In this document: in pieces, positions 26,609 to 37,900 of the stretch
How the letters are laid out: every line of letters starts with the position of its first letter
Numbering within the stretch: the first letter of the stretch is position 1
Assembly: GCA_044345395.1 (NCBI GenBank)
Contig: JBIJBD010000001.1
Span: forward strand, 1-59,711
DNA from: Crocinitomicaceae bacterium
GTDB taxonomy: Bacteria > Bacteroidota > Bacteroidia > Flavobacteriales_D > Crocinitomicaceae
DNA: 59,711 nucleotides
Direction of reading: 5' to 3'
Program-made: the position numbers and the translations under genes
The notes under the pieces: generated by a model
Told to the model about the DNA's origin: nothing
The model's database searches: none
Seen by the model: only the letters and a program-made list of their open reading frames with translations

Positions 26609-27085
26609 TTATTTAAACGATATCACAATTTTTGCTTCTTTAATTTGACTGAATGGATACTCAATAATCTGCTCCACCAGGACTTTCTTTTTCTTTTTTT
26701 CATCTAGTTGCTTGGTCAATCCACGCAATACCAATCCCTGATCTGTTACTTTAACTAATTCCCCTTCTTGTTTATTACCATCGATGGTTGTGATGGCCAA
26801 TGTTCTTCCTATATTCTTAGCGTATTGATTGTGGTGTCGTAATGGTTTGTCTAGACCCGCAGAGGAAACGTGCAATTCAAAGTCTTCTTGCTCTCTATCC
26901 AAATTGTGCTCAATATTACGAGAGACAGAGATGCAATCCTCTACTGAAACGCCCCCTTTCAATTTATCAATCTCTAGACTAATCACATTTGATGAAGAGA
27001 TAGTTAACTCAACAATGTATAAACCATTATTTAGTTCATTCATGCGCTCTTCCGCCAAAGATTTTATTATGTTTTTGTCTAGCAT
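26609..27085 (-). CDS. rimP: Ribosome maturation factor RimP
   Basis: 158-aa ORF immediately upstream of nusA, with typical size and LEVSSAGLDKPL-like motif (LHVSSAGLDKPL). Confidence 0.9.
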   Translation of the reverse strand: MLDKNIIKSLAEERMNELNNGLYIVELTISSSNVISLEIDKLKGGVSVEDCISVSRNIEHNLDREQEDFELHVSSAGLDKPLRHHNQYAKNIGRTLAITTIDGNKQEGELVKVTDQGLVLRGLTKQLDEKKKKKVLVEQIIEYPFSQIKEAKIVISFK

Positions 27086-27094
27086 ATTACTAAA

Positions 27095-27116
27095 AGAGGG
27101 GACTTTCGTCCCCTCT
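27095..27116 (-). promoter_or_regulatory. Leader hairpin / terminator-like attenuator 9 nt upstream of the rimP start
   Basis: The minus-strand RNA reads AGAGGGGAC-GAAA-GUCCCCUCU (9-bp stem, GNRA loop) followed by UUUUAGUAAU-AUG. Confidence 0.5.
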
Positions 27117-27135
27117 CGTTAATTCAAATCTGTTG

Positions 27136-27166
27136 CAAATATACGACTTTATTTGAAATTAGCAAA
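27136..27166 (-). promoter_or_regulatory. Candidate promoter of rimP-nusA-infB (-33 TTTG, -7 TAtaTTTG)
   Basis: The minus strand reads TTTG (27166-27163), then 19 nt, then TATATTTG (27143-27136). This matches the Bacteroidota sigma-A consensus. Confidence 0.4.
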
Positions 27167-27198
27167 TAACAGTGAAAGATTACTTTAAATTTGCATCT

Positions 27199-27789
27199 AT
27201 GCTTTTCGAAATTGAAAATAAAATTATCTCTAGTGAACTGTTCCGTAGGAAGTTTATCTGTGACTTAACATCGTGTAAAGGTGCTTGTTGTGTAGAAGGA
27301 GATGGTGGGGCTCCAATTGAACAAGAAGAAATTGATGGAATACAAGATAATTTATATGATATTTTACCTTATCTAAGCGAAGAATCGAGCGATGTAATTT
27401 TAGAAAAAGGATTCTACACCGAAGAATTAGATGGGCAGAAAGCTACACGACTCATGCCTAATGGCGCGTGTGTTTTCGTAAACAAAAATGAAAGTGGTTT
27501 TACGTCATGTGCTATCGAACAATCATATCGAGAAGGCAAGAGTATTCAGCATAAGCCTATCTCCTGCCACCTTTACCCTGTTCGCGTAAAAAAATTTGGA
27601 GAGATGGAAGCCCTTAACTACGAGGAGTGGTCCATTTGCCAAGCAGCCTGTATCTTAGGAGAAAAACATCAAGTTCTCGTGGTTGAATTTTTAAGGGAGC
27701 CATTAATTCGAGCTTACGGCGAGGAATTTTACAAGGAGCTCATGTCGTTAAAAAATGAAATCCTTACCGAAATAGAAAAGGGCTCCTAG
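27199..27789 (+). CDS. DUF3109-family Cys-rich protein
   Basis: CDLTSCKGACCVEGDGGAP is the family hallmark. I prefer ATG 27199 (MLFEIENK...) over the GTG at 27172 used by the ORF track. Confidence 0.7.
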   Translation: MLFEIENKIISSELFRRKFICDLTSCKGACCVEGDGGAPIEQEEIDGIQDNLYDILPYLSEESSDVILEKGFYTEELDGQKATRLMPNGACVFVNKNESGFTSCAIEQSYREGKSIQHKPISCHLYPVRVKKFGEMEALNYEEWSICQAACILGEKHQVLVVEFLREPLIRAYGEEFYKELMSLKNEILTEIEKGS

Positions 27790-27808
27790 TGGAACCCTTT
27801 AACAATTA

Positions 27809-29623
27809 TTAATGTTCTTCTTCACCTTCTTTTAATGGTACTGTTTGAGGGACAAAATCTTCCTCATAACCAGGCTTGGAATAATCATAAGGCCATCGAT
27901 GTACAGTCGGTAACTCACCAGGCCAATTTCCATGAATATGTTCAACCGGGGTTGTCCATTCTAGCGTATTTGAATTCCATGGGTTTTGCGGTGCTTTCGG
28001 ACCTCTATAAATACTGTAGAAGAAATTGAATAAAAATATTGCTTGCCCAAGTGCCGCAAAAATAGCAAACATGGTAATTATAACATTTAAATCCATCATT
28101 AATTCAAAGGTTGAATTATCAAAATCTTTGTAAACTGAATAATCATAATACCTTCTTGGTGCGCCTGCTAGACCCACAAAGTGCATTGGAAAAAATACTC
28201 CATAAGCACCAATAATTGTTATCCAAAAATGGACATACCCCAGACGAGTGTTCATCATACGCCCATACATTTTTGGAAACCAATGGTAAACGCCGGCAAA
28301 CATTCCGAATACTGCCGACATCCCCATAACAATATGGAAATGGGCAACAACGAAATAAGTGTCATGAATTGCAATATCCAACGCAGAGTCAGCCAAAATA
28401 ATTCCGGTAACACCACCTGTAATGAATGTTGAAACTAATCCAATAGCAAATAACATCGCTGGTGTTAACACAAGGGAACCTTTCCATAAGGTAGTTATAT
28501 AGTTAAACACTTTTACCGCTGAGGGTATTGCGATTAACAATGTGGTAAAAACAAAGACGCTACCCAAAAATGGATTCATTCCTGTTATAAACATATGGTG
28601 TCCCCACACGATAAAGGAAAGAAATCCTATGGCTAGAATTGAACCAATCATGGCTTTATAACCAAAAATTGGTTTGCGCGCATTAGTCGCAATAATTTCT
28701 GATGATAAACCAAGCGCGGGTAATAATACAATGTAAACTTCAGGGTGTCCTAGAAACCAAAATAAGTGTTGAAATAAGATTGGTGATCCTCCGTGATTGG
28801 ATAACATTTCATCTCCAACTATGATATCCGATAGATAGAAACTTGTTCCTGCCAAACGATCCATAATTAAAAGGAGAGCGGCTGATAATAAAACAGGGAA
28901 TGAGAGCACCCCTAGTATGGCCGTAACAAAAAATGCCCATATAGTTAATGGCATTCGCGTCATAGTCATACCCTTGGTACGTAAATTCAATACTGTCACT
29001 ATATAATTTAGCGACCCGATCAATGAACCCGCAATAAATATCGCCATTGAAAATAACCACAAGGTCATTCCTAATCCCGATCCAGGTACAGCTTTGGGTA
29101 GTGCCGACAAAGGTGGATAAACTGTCCAGCCAGCCATTGCCGGTCCTGTTTCAACAAATAAAGAAACTAGCATTAATACTGACGAAATAAAAAAGAACCA
29201 GTAAGATAGCATATTAAGAAAGCCTGAGGCCATATCTCTTGCTCCCAACTGCAACGGAATGAGTATGTTTGAAAAGGTTCCTGACAGTCCACCAGTTAAA
29301 AGGAAAAACACCATTATAGTTCCATGAATTGTCACTAAACCTAGGTACATGTTTTGATCAAGGATTCCTTTAGGTGCCCATCTATCTCCCAAAAATAAAT
29401 TCAAGAAATCTGAACTTTCACCAGGCCATGCCAACTGAATTCTAAACAAGATAGATAACATCATTGCCACCAATCCCATAAATACTGCAGTCATCAAGAA
29501 CTGCTTTCCAATCATTTTATGATCATGACTGAAGATATACTTAGAAACAAAATTTTCTTCGTGGTGGTGCTCATCGTGATGCGCATGTCCATGATCGTGT
29601 GAATCGTGTGTGTGAGATCCCAT
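27809..29623 (-). CDS. ctaD: Cytochrome c oxidase subunit I
   Basis: 604-aa ORF, polytopic, with FWFLGHPEVYIVLLP and VAHFHIVM motifs and a His-rich N-terminal tail. Confidence 0.95.
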   Translation of the reverse strand: MGSHTHDSHDHGHAHHDEHHHEENFVSKYIFSHDHKMIGKQFLMTAVFMGLVAMMLSILFRIQLAWPGESSDFLNLFLGDRWAPKGILDQNMYLGLVTIHGTIMVFFLLTGGLSGTFSNILIPLQLGARDMASGFLNMLSYWFFFISSVLMLVSLFVETGPAMAGWTVYPPLSALPKAVPGSGLGMTLWLFSMAIFIAGSLIGSLNYIVTVLNLRTKGMTMTRMPLTIWAFFVTAILGVLSFPVLLSAALLLIMDRLAGTSFYLSDIIVGDEMLSNHGGSPILFQHLFWFLGHPEVYIVLLPALGLSSEIIATNARKPIFGYKAMIGSILAIGFLSFIVWGHHMFITGMNPFLGSVFVFTTLLIAIPSAVKVFNYITTLWKGSLVLTPAMLFAIGLVSTFITGGVTGIILADSALDIAIHDTYFVVAHFHIVMGMSAVFGMFAGVYHWFPKMYGRMMNTRLGYVHFWITIIGAYGVFFPMHFVGLAGAPRRYYDYSVYKDFDNSTFELMMDLNVIITMFAIFAALGQAIFLFNFFYSIYRGPKAPQNPWNSNTLEWTTPVEHIHGNWPGELPTVHRWPYDYSKPGYEEDFVPQTVPLKEGEEEH

Positions 29624-29646
29624 TTTATTTTTGCTTTATTTCGTTA

Positions 29647-30930
29647 TTAAATTTCGTCTTCTTTTTTCATTGGAGTTGCCTCGCTCGATGCGTCATCAGC
29701 TGGCATATCTTCGCCTTCTTTTGAGCCATCCTCTTTTGCCATATCATCACCTCCTTCAGCTGGTGCCGTGCCATATTTCAACTTAAACGTTTCTTTCTTT
29801 TTTGCGGCCAGCCATGCTGCATATTCTGCTTTTGACAGTACTTCGATGTCCATTTTCATTTTATAATGAGCCTTTCCACAAATCTTATTACACATCAATA
29901 CATACTTAAATTTAGGATCGTTTTTTATTTCCCTCATTTCTGCAGTGGTAATGGTAGGTGTAAATTTAGTTCGCGTAGTCATCCCTGGAACTGTATTGAT
30001 TTGTGCACGGAAATGAGGAAAGTACGCCGAATGTATAACATCCATTGAACGGAAATTAAACTCGTATTCTTGTCCTTCACATAATACCAAAGTCCCTTTA
30101 ACTATAATATCATCCTCTGCCTGTTTGTCCAATTCCTTTTTATGATTTTGCTTCAACTGATATAAAGACCTAAGAATTCTTTCGTTGTGTGAAAGCGTGA
30201 ATTCTTGTACTTCAATTAACGAATCACTTAACACGGTATCTGCATTTGATAATAATTTATTAATTGTATTAACTTTTTTCTCACGTTCTACAATTGCATC
30301 ATCAATAGTTTGTGTAGTCAAGATTCCTAATTCGTTTGTGCCAGTCGTTAATTTGTAATCGTATTTACCTAGAACATTATCCTCACCCGCATAACGAGCT
30401 GTCCAATCAAATTGTTTTGAGTATAGCTCGATAACCACAGCTCCTTCACCAGCCTCAGACGTTAATTTATTCCACGAACGTAAACCTAGGATAATTATAA
30501 CAGCTAATACACATGCTGGTACAACTGTCCAAATCATTTCTAATTTATTGTTGTGTGGGAAATAAGTTGCTCTAACTCCTGGTTTTCTAACATACTTATA
30601 TGTAAAATAGAACAACAGAAAGTTTGTTAAAAAGAAAACTGCAATAATAATAACAAGGTTTAAGTTTAATAACCAATCAGTCTCCTCACCTTCAATGGAA
30701 GCCGAAGGGCCTCTCCCTGTCCACCCATATGCCAACATTAAGTAGATGAATCCTCCAAACTGGAAAATCATAAAGAGTAACATTAACCATCCATTTAAGT
30801 TGTTATCTCTATCATTGATATCATTCTCGCCTGTCTTCTTTAGCTTTAACGAATGTTCATAGACTCTTACAAGTTGGGCAACAGCTATTGCACCCAACAC
30901 AACCACCAAAAGAATTCCTAATTTTCCCAT
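29647..30930 (-). CDS. ctaC: Cytochrome c oxidase subunit II
   Basis: 427-aa ORF with two N-terminal TM helices. CuA ligands are HSAYFPH...CNKICGKAHYKM. The C-terminal tail is acidic. Confidence 0.9.
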   Translation of the reverse strand: MGKLGILLVVVLGAIAVAQLVRVYEHSLKLKKTGENDINDRDNNLNGWLMLLFMIFQFGGFIYLMLAYGWTGRGPSASIEGEETDWLLNLNLVIIIAVFFLTNFLLFYFTYKYVRKPGVRATYFPHNNKLEMIWTVVPACVLAVIIILGLRSWNKLTSEAGEGAVVIELYSKQFDWTARYAGEDNVLGKYDYKLTTGTNELGILTTQTIDDAIVEREKKVNTINKLLSNADTVLSDSLIEVQEFTLSHNERILRSLYQLKQNHKKELDKQAEDDIIVKGTLVLCEGQEYEFNFRSMDVIHSAYFPHFRAQINTVPGMTTRTKFTPTITTAEMREIKNDPKFKYVLMCNKICGKAHYKMKMDIEVLSKAEYAAWLAAKKKETFKLKYGTAPAEGGDDMAKEDGSKEGEDMPADDASSEATPMKKEDEI

Positions 30931-30956
30931 TTTATTTTAATTCTATTGTTATAACA

Positions 30957-32159
30957 TTAAATTTCATGATGAACACTTTCGTCTAGGAACGGATGGTTCA
31001 CAGGCGTAAGTGGTGCTTTTGTCAAATTATTCAATACTGCATATATAAAAACACCTGCCATCAAGACAGCCATTCCAATTTCCAACGCTCCAATGTGTGC
31101 ATTAGCACCAAGTGAACCTGCAGAAACCATTATGTAGACATCTAACCAATGTCCACATAAAATTACCAATCCTACAAATGTTAACACGGCAGTATTTCTT
31201 TTAGCATCTCTTGACATCAATATTAACATCGGAAAAGCAAAATTGATCAAGAACATTGAAAAATAAAGTATTTTAAAATGCTCAATTCGCATTTGGTAAT
31301 AGGTAACTTCTTCTCCAATATTCGCATACCAAATCAACATGAATTGAGAGAAAAACAAGTAAGACCACAAGAATGACGTGGCAAATGTCCATTTTCCTAG
31401 GTCGTGAATATGTGAGTCATTTACTTTTTCAAGATGTCCAAGATTTTTTAGATACAAGGTTGTTAGCACCAAAACAACCATTGTTGAGCACCACATACCG
31501 GCAAAGGTGTACCATCCAAATAATGTAGAAAACCAATGGACATCAATTGACATTAACCAATCCCACGATGAAGTTGAACTAAATACTGCAAAAAAGACTA
31601 AAAATGTTGCTCCTTTACGGTAATTTTTAAAATGGAGTTCTGTTCCACCAATTCTATCCTCCTCTAAGGATCTCTTTTTAAATCCAGTTAAGAAGATGTA
31701 GTAAACTGCAAAATATACTAAGGTTCTTATCCAAAAAAACACCGGATTCAAATATGCTGATTTCCCGTCGATAATTTCATCGTAGTGATGAGACGCAGGA
31801 TCTGTCATTTCCGGGTCCATCCAAATGTAAATATGTGCACCGTGCATGAAAGTTATTGTAAGCAACACCAATCCAAATATTGCCATTCCATAAGGCAAGA
31901 AACCAGCTACTGCCTCTATGACTCTTTTAACTGATGCATACCACCCCGTTTCAGTTGCGTATTGTAGTGCCAAGAAAAACAACGCACCGAGTCCTAGTGA
32001 AAAGAAAAAGAATCCATTAATGATTCCATTTGCAAGCAAACGTGTTGAAAAGTGGTCTTCACCCATTCCGGTAGCTAACCCTATTCCCGTAAGAATTAAC
32101 CCTGCGCCTATTAAGCCATAAGTTAAATTCTTTGCATTTTTTGTAATTTGAAATTCCAT
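30957..32159 (-). CDS. actF: Alternative complex III membrane subunit ActF
   Basis: 400-aa polytopic ORF in the position following actE and preceding cox genes. Confidence 0.75.
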   Translation of the reverse strand: MEFQITKNAKNLTYGLIGAGLILTGIGLATGMGEDHFSTRLLANGIINGFFFFSLGLGALFFLALQYATETGWYASVKRVIEAVAGFLPYGMAIFGLVLLTITFMHGAHIYIWMDPEMTDPASHHYDEIIDGKSAYLNPVFFWIRTLVYFAVYYIFLTGFKKRSLEEDRIGGTELHFKNYRKGATFLVFFAVFSSTSSWDWLMSIDVHWFSTLFGWYTFAGMWCSTMVVLVLTTLYLKNLGHLEKVNDSHIHDLGKWTFATSFLWSYLFFSQFMLIWYANIGEEVTYYQMRIEHFKILYFSMFLINFAFPMLILMSRDAKRNTAVLTFVGLVILCGHWLDVYIMVSAGSLGANAHIGALEIGMAVLMAGVFIYAVLNNLTKAPLTPVNHPFLDESVHHEI

Positions 32160-32170
32160 CGCTCTATCGA

Positions 32171-32947
32171 TTATTTTTTACCTTTCTTTTTCACGTCCTT
32201 TTTACCAGCAGGAGTATTCTCTACTGTTGCTGCCGGTGCAGTACTTGCGACGGCGGTTCCATTGTAGGCATCTCCATATTGCAAAGACCTTACATAATGC
32301 ACCAATACCCAAATTTCTTCTTTAGATAGTAAAGATGCGTGGGCTCCCATATTGTTTTTACCATATGATATAGAATAAAACATCTGACCATCTGACAGGG
32401 ACATTTTCGCTTGATCTTTATAATCTAAGTTCCCTCCACTTTTGTAGGCGCCACTTGTAACCATTGATCCATTGCCATCGCCTGCTTCACCATGACAATG
32501 TTGACACATTGAAGTATAAAGTGTTTTACCTTTCTCCAATAATTGCTTCTTGTTTTTTTCGTTCATCCTAATTGGATTTGAAATCGACTTAGCAGCAAGG
32601 TAATTATCTTCTGACGTTACATCCCAATCATATAAACCATGTGTTTCGCGCATTCCTGCATTTGGCTTCAAAAATGGCATCATTAATCGCACTTTTGCAG
32701 AATCTCCCTTTACGTATGGGATCGTATTCTTTGGTGGCACCATCGCAGAAAGCAAGCTTTTTAGTTCTTTTTTTTCTCTACCTCTTACTTCGCCATAATC
32801 TACATATGGTTCGATAGCTGGGGATCTATACATGTCCGGCATGTACTCAAATCCTGGACTGTCCGGATCAGATTTACCGCAAGAACCGAGGGTTGCAACA
32901 AGCCCTATGGCAAACAGTAAGTTTATTTTATTCCACAATTTATTCAT
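32171..32947 (-). CDS. actE: Alternative complex III monohaem cytochrome c lipoprotein ActE
   Basis: 258-aa ORF with lipobox LGSCG and a single CQHCH haem motif. Confidence 0.8.
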   Translation of the reverse strand: MNKLWNKINLLFAIGLVATLGSCGKSDPDSPGFEYMPDMYRSPAIEPYVDYGEVRGREKKELKSLLSAMVPPKNTIPYVKGDSAKVRLMMPFLKPNAGMRETHGLYDWDVTSEDNYLAAKSISNPIRMNEKNKKQLLEKGKTLYTSMCQHCHGEAGDGNGSMVTSGAYKSGGNLDYKDQAKMSLSDGQMFYSISYGKNNMGAHASLLSKEEIWVLVHYVRSLQYGDAYNGTAVASTAPAATVENTPAGKKDVKKKGKK

Positions 32948-32960
32948 GGCGATTTTATTT

Positions 32961-33497
32961 CTACTTTATATCTTTTTTATCGATTTCTATAAACCCGGTT
33001 TCTTTTATTAAAGAGTCTAGGTCTCCTTCTGTTAATGATGAATTTTCACTCAAACGAATTTCCATTACAAACTTGTCATCTGTTGTTCTTGGATCTGGGT
33101 TTTGAGCAGGCATTCCAGGTAACGTTTTGTTCAATAACAAATATGTTATTGCCATTCCATGGGCTGCACACAAAACCGTGAACTCAAAACTAATAGGAAT
33201 GAAAGCCAAAATATTTTGTAAATAAGAGAAATTTGGTTTACCCCCAATATTCATCGGCCAATCTACGACCATAAAATAGCGCATTCCAATTGTTGCAAGG
33301 GTTAAACCGGTTAAACCATACAAAAATGCCATAATTCCCAAGCGTGTCTGTTTAACACCAATAATTGGATCAATTCCGTGAATTGGAAACGGAGAAAAAA
33401 CTTCGTTAATTTTCACTCCTTTGGATACCAATTTTTTCGCTCCATCTTTTAATACTTCGTCGTCATCGAACATGACGTATATTACTTTATCTGACAT
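32961..33497 (-). CDS. actD: Alternative complex III subunit ActD (DUF3341)
   Basis: 178-aa ORF with two central TM helices, in operon position. Confidence 0.8.
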   Translation of the reverse strand: MSDKVIYVMFDDDEVLKDGAKKLVSKGVKINEVFSPFPIHGIDPIIGVKQTRLGIMAFLYGLTGLTLATIGMRYFMVVDWPMNIGGKPNFSYLQNILAFIPISFEFTVLCAAHGMAITYLLLNKTLPGMPAQNPDPRTTDDKFVMEIRLSENSSLTEGDLDSLIKETGFIEIDKKDIK

Positions 33498-33508
33498 AGT
33501 TCAGTAAA

Positions 33509-34897
33509 TTAATGATGTTTATGATAATCAGGCGATTCTTTATAGGATTGGCCTGAACCTTTTAATATTGTTTTAACTTCGTTCAAAGCAAGTACTGGGA
33601 AGTAGCGTGCAAATAATAAGAAGAATACAAAGAATAAACCGATAGTTCCAACATATACTCCAATGTCGATATGGCTTGGATAATGCATACTCCACGCTGC
33701 TGGAATATAATCTCGGTGCAATGAAGTCACAATAATTACATAACGTTCAAACCACATTCCTATATTCACAACTATTGAGATGAAAAATGTGAACATTAAA
33801 CTTCTTCTCAATTTTCTAAACCACATTAACTGAGGAGAAATTACGTTACAAGTCATCATTGCCCAATAAGCCCACCAATATGGACCAGTTGCTCTGTTAA
33901 TAAATGCATACGCCTCATATTCAACTCCAGAATACCAAGAAATAAATAATTCCGTTATGTATGCAGTTCCTACTATTGAACCAGTTACCATAATTACAAT
34001 ATTCATATACTCCACATGTTTTGTGTGGATATAAGCCTCCAAAGACATTGCCTTACGCATGATTAATAACAACGTTTGTACCATCGCAAATCCAGAAAAC
34101 ACCGCCCCAGCAACGAAATATGGAGGGAAAATAGTCGTGTGCCATCCTGGAATTACAGAGGTTGCAAAGTCAAACGATACAATCGAGTGTACCGAGAATA
34201 CTAAGGGCGTTGCTAAGCCTGCTAACACAAGAGACACTAATTCAAATCTGTTCCAATGTTTTGCTCTTCCCGACCAACCAAATGACAAAATTGAATACAT
34301 TTTCTTTGCAACAGGTTTCTTGGCTCTATCTCGGATTGTAGCAAAGTCCGGAATTAATCCAATATACCAGAAAACAAGAGATACAGAAAGATATGTAGAG
34401 ATTGCGAACACGTCCCATAATAATGGTGAGTTAAAGTTTACCCACAAGGATCCAAACTGGTTTGGTAAAGGTAAGGTCCAATACCCAACCCACAATCTAC
34501 CCATGTGTATAAGCGGAAATAGCCCAGCCATGAATACAGCAAAAATTGTCATAGCCTCAGCCGAACGGTTAATTGCCATTCTCCATTTTTGACGGAATAA
34601 TAATAACACCGCAGAAATAAGGGTTCCTGCGTGACCGATACCTACCCACCAAACGAAGTTTGTAATATCCCAAGCCCAACCAATTGTTTTATTAAGACCC
34701 CAAACACCAACACCTGTTCCTAAAAGGTACATGATACTTCCTACACCATACAATCCAATAATCAATGCGATACCAAATAAAATATACCACATCTTTGGCG
34801 CTTTGTCCTCAATTGGTCTACATACATCTTCCGTTACGTCATGGTATGTTTTATGACCTAATATGAGGGGTTCTCTAATTGCCGCTTCTTTTTGCAT
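33509..34897 (-). CDS. actC: Alternative complex III quinol-interacting membrane subunit ActC (NrfD/PsrC-like)
   Basis: 462-aa polytopic ORF immediately after the Mo-pterin/FeS subunit. Confidence 0.85.
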   Translation of the reverse strand: MQKEAAIREPLILGHKTYHDVTEDVCRPIEDKAPKMWYILFGIALIIGLYGVGSIMYLLGTGVGVWGLNKTIGWAWDITNFVWWVGIGHAGTLISAVLLLFRQKWRMAINRSAEAMTIFAVFMAGLFPLIHMGRLWVGYWTLPLPNQFGSLWVNFNSPLLWDVFAISTYLSVSLVFWYIGLIPDFATIRDRAKKPVAKKMYSILSFGWSGRAKHWNRFELVSLVLAGLATPLVFSVHSIVSFDFATSVIPGWHTTIFPPYFVAGAVFSGFAMVQTLLLIMRKAMSLEAYIHTKHVEYMNIVIMVTGSIVGTAYITELFISWYSGVEYEAYAFINRATGPYWWAYWAMMTCNVISPQLMWFRKLRRSLMFTFFISIVVNIGMWFERYVIIVTSLHRDYIPAAWSMHYPSHIDIGVYVGTIGLFFVFFLLFARYFPVLALNEVKTILKGSGQSYKESPDYHKHH

Positions 34898-34916
34898 GCT
34901 TTACTTATTTAAATTA

Positions 34917-37900
34917 TTAATGATGAGAAGTAATATGTTGCAAAGCTGCAAGTTCCTTATTCTCTTCGTTTCTTACTTTTACCTTGTACCACATGTTTGG
35001 CTTAATTCCAACCTCTTCAAGTGCTTGATAGGCACGGTTTTCTTTTGAACTCTTGCGAACAATTGAAGATTCATTATTCCAATCCCCAACAATAATTGCA
35101 TTTGTAGGACATGCGTCTGAACACGCTGTTGCAAAATCAGCATCTTCCACTTTGCGAGATTCAATTTTCGCAGTCAATTTTGCAGATTGAATTCGTTGAA
35201 CACAGAACGTACATTTCTCCATTACACCTCGCGTTCTAACCGTAACATCTGGGTTCAATACCATACGACCTAGGTCATCTTGAGCAGGATTTACTTCCGT
35301 AAATTTCTTATATGAAGGATAATTAAACCAGTTGAATCTTCTCACCTTATATGGACAGTTATTCGCGCAATATCTTGTACCAATACAACGGTTATAAGCC
35401 ATTTGATTCAACCCTTCATTACTGTGCGTAGTTGCCGCAACAGGACAAACGGTTTCACAAGGAGCATGATTACAATGATGACACATCATTGGCATATGCA
35501 CCACTTTAGGATTTAGTGAAGGGTGTTCAGCATTTCCATAATTAATATCATCAGATTTTCTTGTGCCGATAGTAGCTTCTTCATCTGAAGAAAAATACCT
35601 GTCAATGCGAAGCCAGTGCATTTCACGACCTCTTCTTACTTCGTCTTTTCCAACTACCGGAACGTTATTTTCTGATTGACAAGCTATCAAACATGATCCA
35701 CATCCAATACAAGAGGATAAATCAATCGTCATTGCCCATCTGTGTCCTACAACTTCTACCGGGTGCTCTTCCCACAAATCAAATTCACTTACCGGTACAT
35801 TTACGTGATTTCCGTGCTCGTCTAATTTCTGTAAAGTATGTGCTGGGTTGTAAGCTTCCTTACCATTGTGCTTATAGATTCCTAATGTCGTCTCTCTTAT
35901 AATCGAGTGGCGAGCCATGACGGTATGATGTATTTGTGTAGCTGCGATCTTATATTCACCATCAGCTGATGCTACAGATCCAGCGTTTGTATAATTATAC
36001 GAGCCGTTCTCAAATTTTGACAGTGAGAATACATTTGCACCAATTGGTTTTGGATTGCCATTATCATCGGTAACATGGCCTCCGTACTCTTTAGTTTGAA
36101 AAGCAGATTTACCAATTTTCTCACCATTTGCTCCACGTCCATAACCTAAAGCCACACCTACAGTTTTAAGTGCTTGACCTGGCATAGGATAAACTGGCAA
36201 GGTTACAGATTTACCATTTACTGTTAAGGTAGCCAAACTTAAACCATTCTCTTGATCGTAAGTTGTTGCATAACCAGCATCCTCCATTTCTTTTGGATTC
36301 ATAGTAATGTAGTTATCCCAAGTAACTTTAGTTATTGGGTCTGGCATTTCTTGCAACCAAGGATTATTAGCATACTCTCCGGAACGAATCGCTGCTTTTT
36401 GATACAAAACAACTTCTAAATCTGATGCCTTAGGCAATCCAGACACAGGCGCATCTTTAAAGGTAAGTGGCGTTGTCACTATTGACAACACTGGCGTACA
36501 ACTATTATGTACCGTAAAGTTAAAATCAACTAATCCCATATCGGCATATGTAGCCATTATGTAATCATAAGCAACTTTAGAATCTTTTCCTCCTCTACCT
36601 GTTTTACCAAGCCATACTAATAGTGACTCTAGTGTAGACGATGTTTTATGAAGCGGTCGAATTGTTGGTTGAGCAACGGCGTATTCGTTATTTTTTGCTC
36701 TGAAATCTGCCCAATCCTCTAATCCATGGTGAGGTGGACAAACGTATGTAGCCTGAGAAGCCGTTTCATCCATATATGCCGATATAGCTATGGACGTCTT
36801 TATCTTTTTCAATCCAGCTGCAAAATCTTGACCATTAGGTAATGAATACACTGGGTTAACACCTGACATTAGTAACACATCCGGGCCTTTACCTGCAATT
36901 ACATTTGAAACGAGCTGATTTACTTTCTCGTCATCGCCATTGTAGAGGTTTACAGTATTGTTTATATCGATTGTTTTGCTATACGCACCTATCAATTGAT
37001 TCAATTTGTTTGTTAACACTTGTAATCCAACATTATTAGCACCACAAACAACTAACGCTTGATCTCCTGCTGCAGCTAATGCTGCAACTGCTGCATCGGC
37101 AACAGCCTTGATGTCATTAGATAAATTATTAGCAACACCTGCATTTCCACCTTTTTTCGAAATCAAGTAACTTAGTACATTCGCTAATTCAGACGGGCGA
37201 GTCATTGCGCGTTGATCAGCATTTGAACCTGATACAGACATAACAGACTCAAATTGGAAATGCTTAGACATCCATTCTCCATCCGGATTCCTTCGCTGAC
37301 CGTACTGAATAGCGTATTCATTTGATAACAACCACGTACTCAAGAAATCTGCATCCAAACTTATAATTACTTTGGCTTTCGAAAAATCATAACTTGGAAT
37401 AATACTCGCCCCAAAATTTTGCAAATTGGCCTTTCTAATTGCGCTGTAGGAGATTGCATCGTATTGAATATGTTCAAATTTTCCAGCATATGCCACTTTA
37501 TACTCTTCAATTGCTCGCAGAACTGATGGACTGATAATGGAATTGGTTAAAAACGCAATTGAACCTGCGCTTGCCAAACTTGCTTTAATTTTAGCATCTA
37601 CTGTATTCCAATCTGAATCAATCCCATTAGCTTTTGGACCTGACAAACGTTCTCCATCATAAAGACCTAAAACCGAAGCAATGATTTGAGGATTAACTCC
37701 ACCTTTTGTAAAACCATGTTCTTTATTTCCTTTAATGAAAATTGGTCTACCTTCTCTAGTTTTGACAAGAATACTTGCATACGAAATCCCGTCGTAGTAA
37801 GTGGAAGCATACCATGTAGGCATACCAGGTGTTACATTCTCAGGTTTGAAAACGTAAGGAACAGCTTTTATGACGGGAGCTTCACAAGCCGCTAGTGTTG

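Noticed and set aside
34059-34592. 177-aa plus-strand ORF antisense to actC
   Set aside because: It lies entirely inside a strongly supported polytopic membrane gene. Long antisense ORFs are expected opposite hydrophobic, codon-biased genes, and no motif is present.
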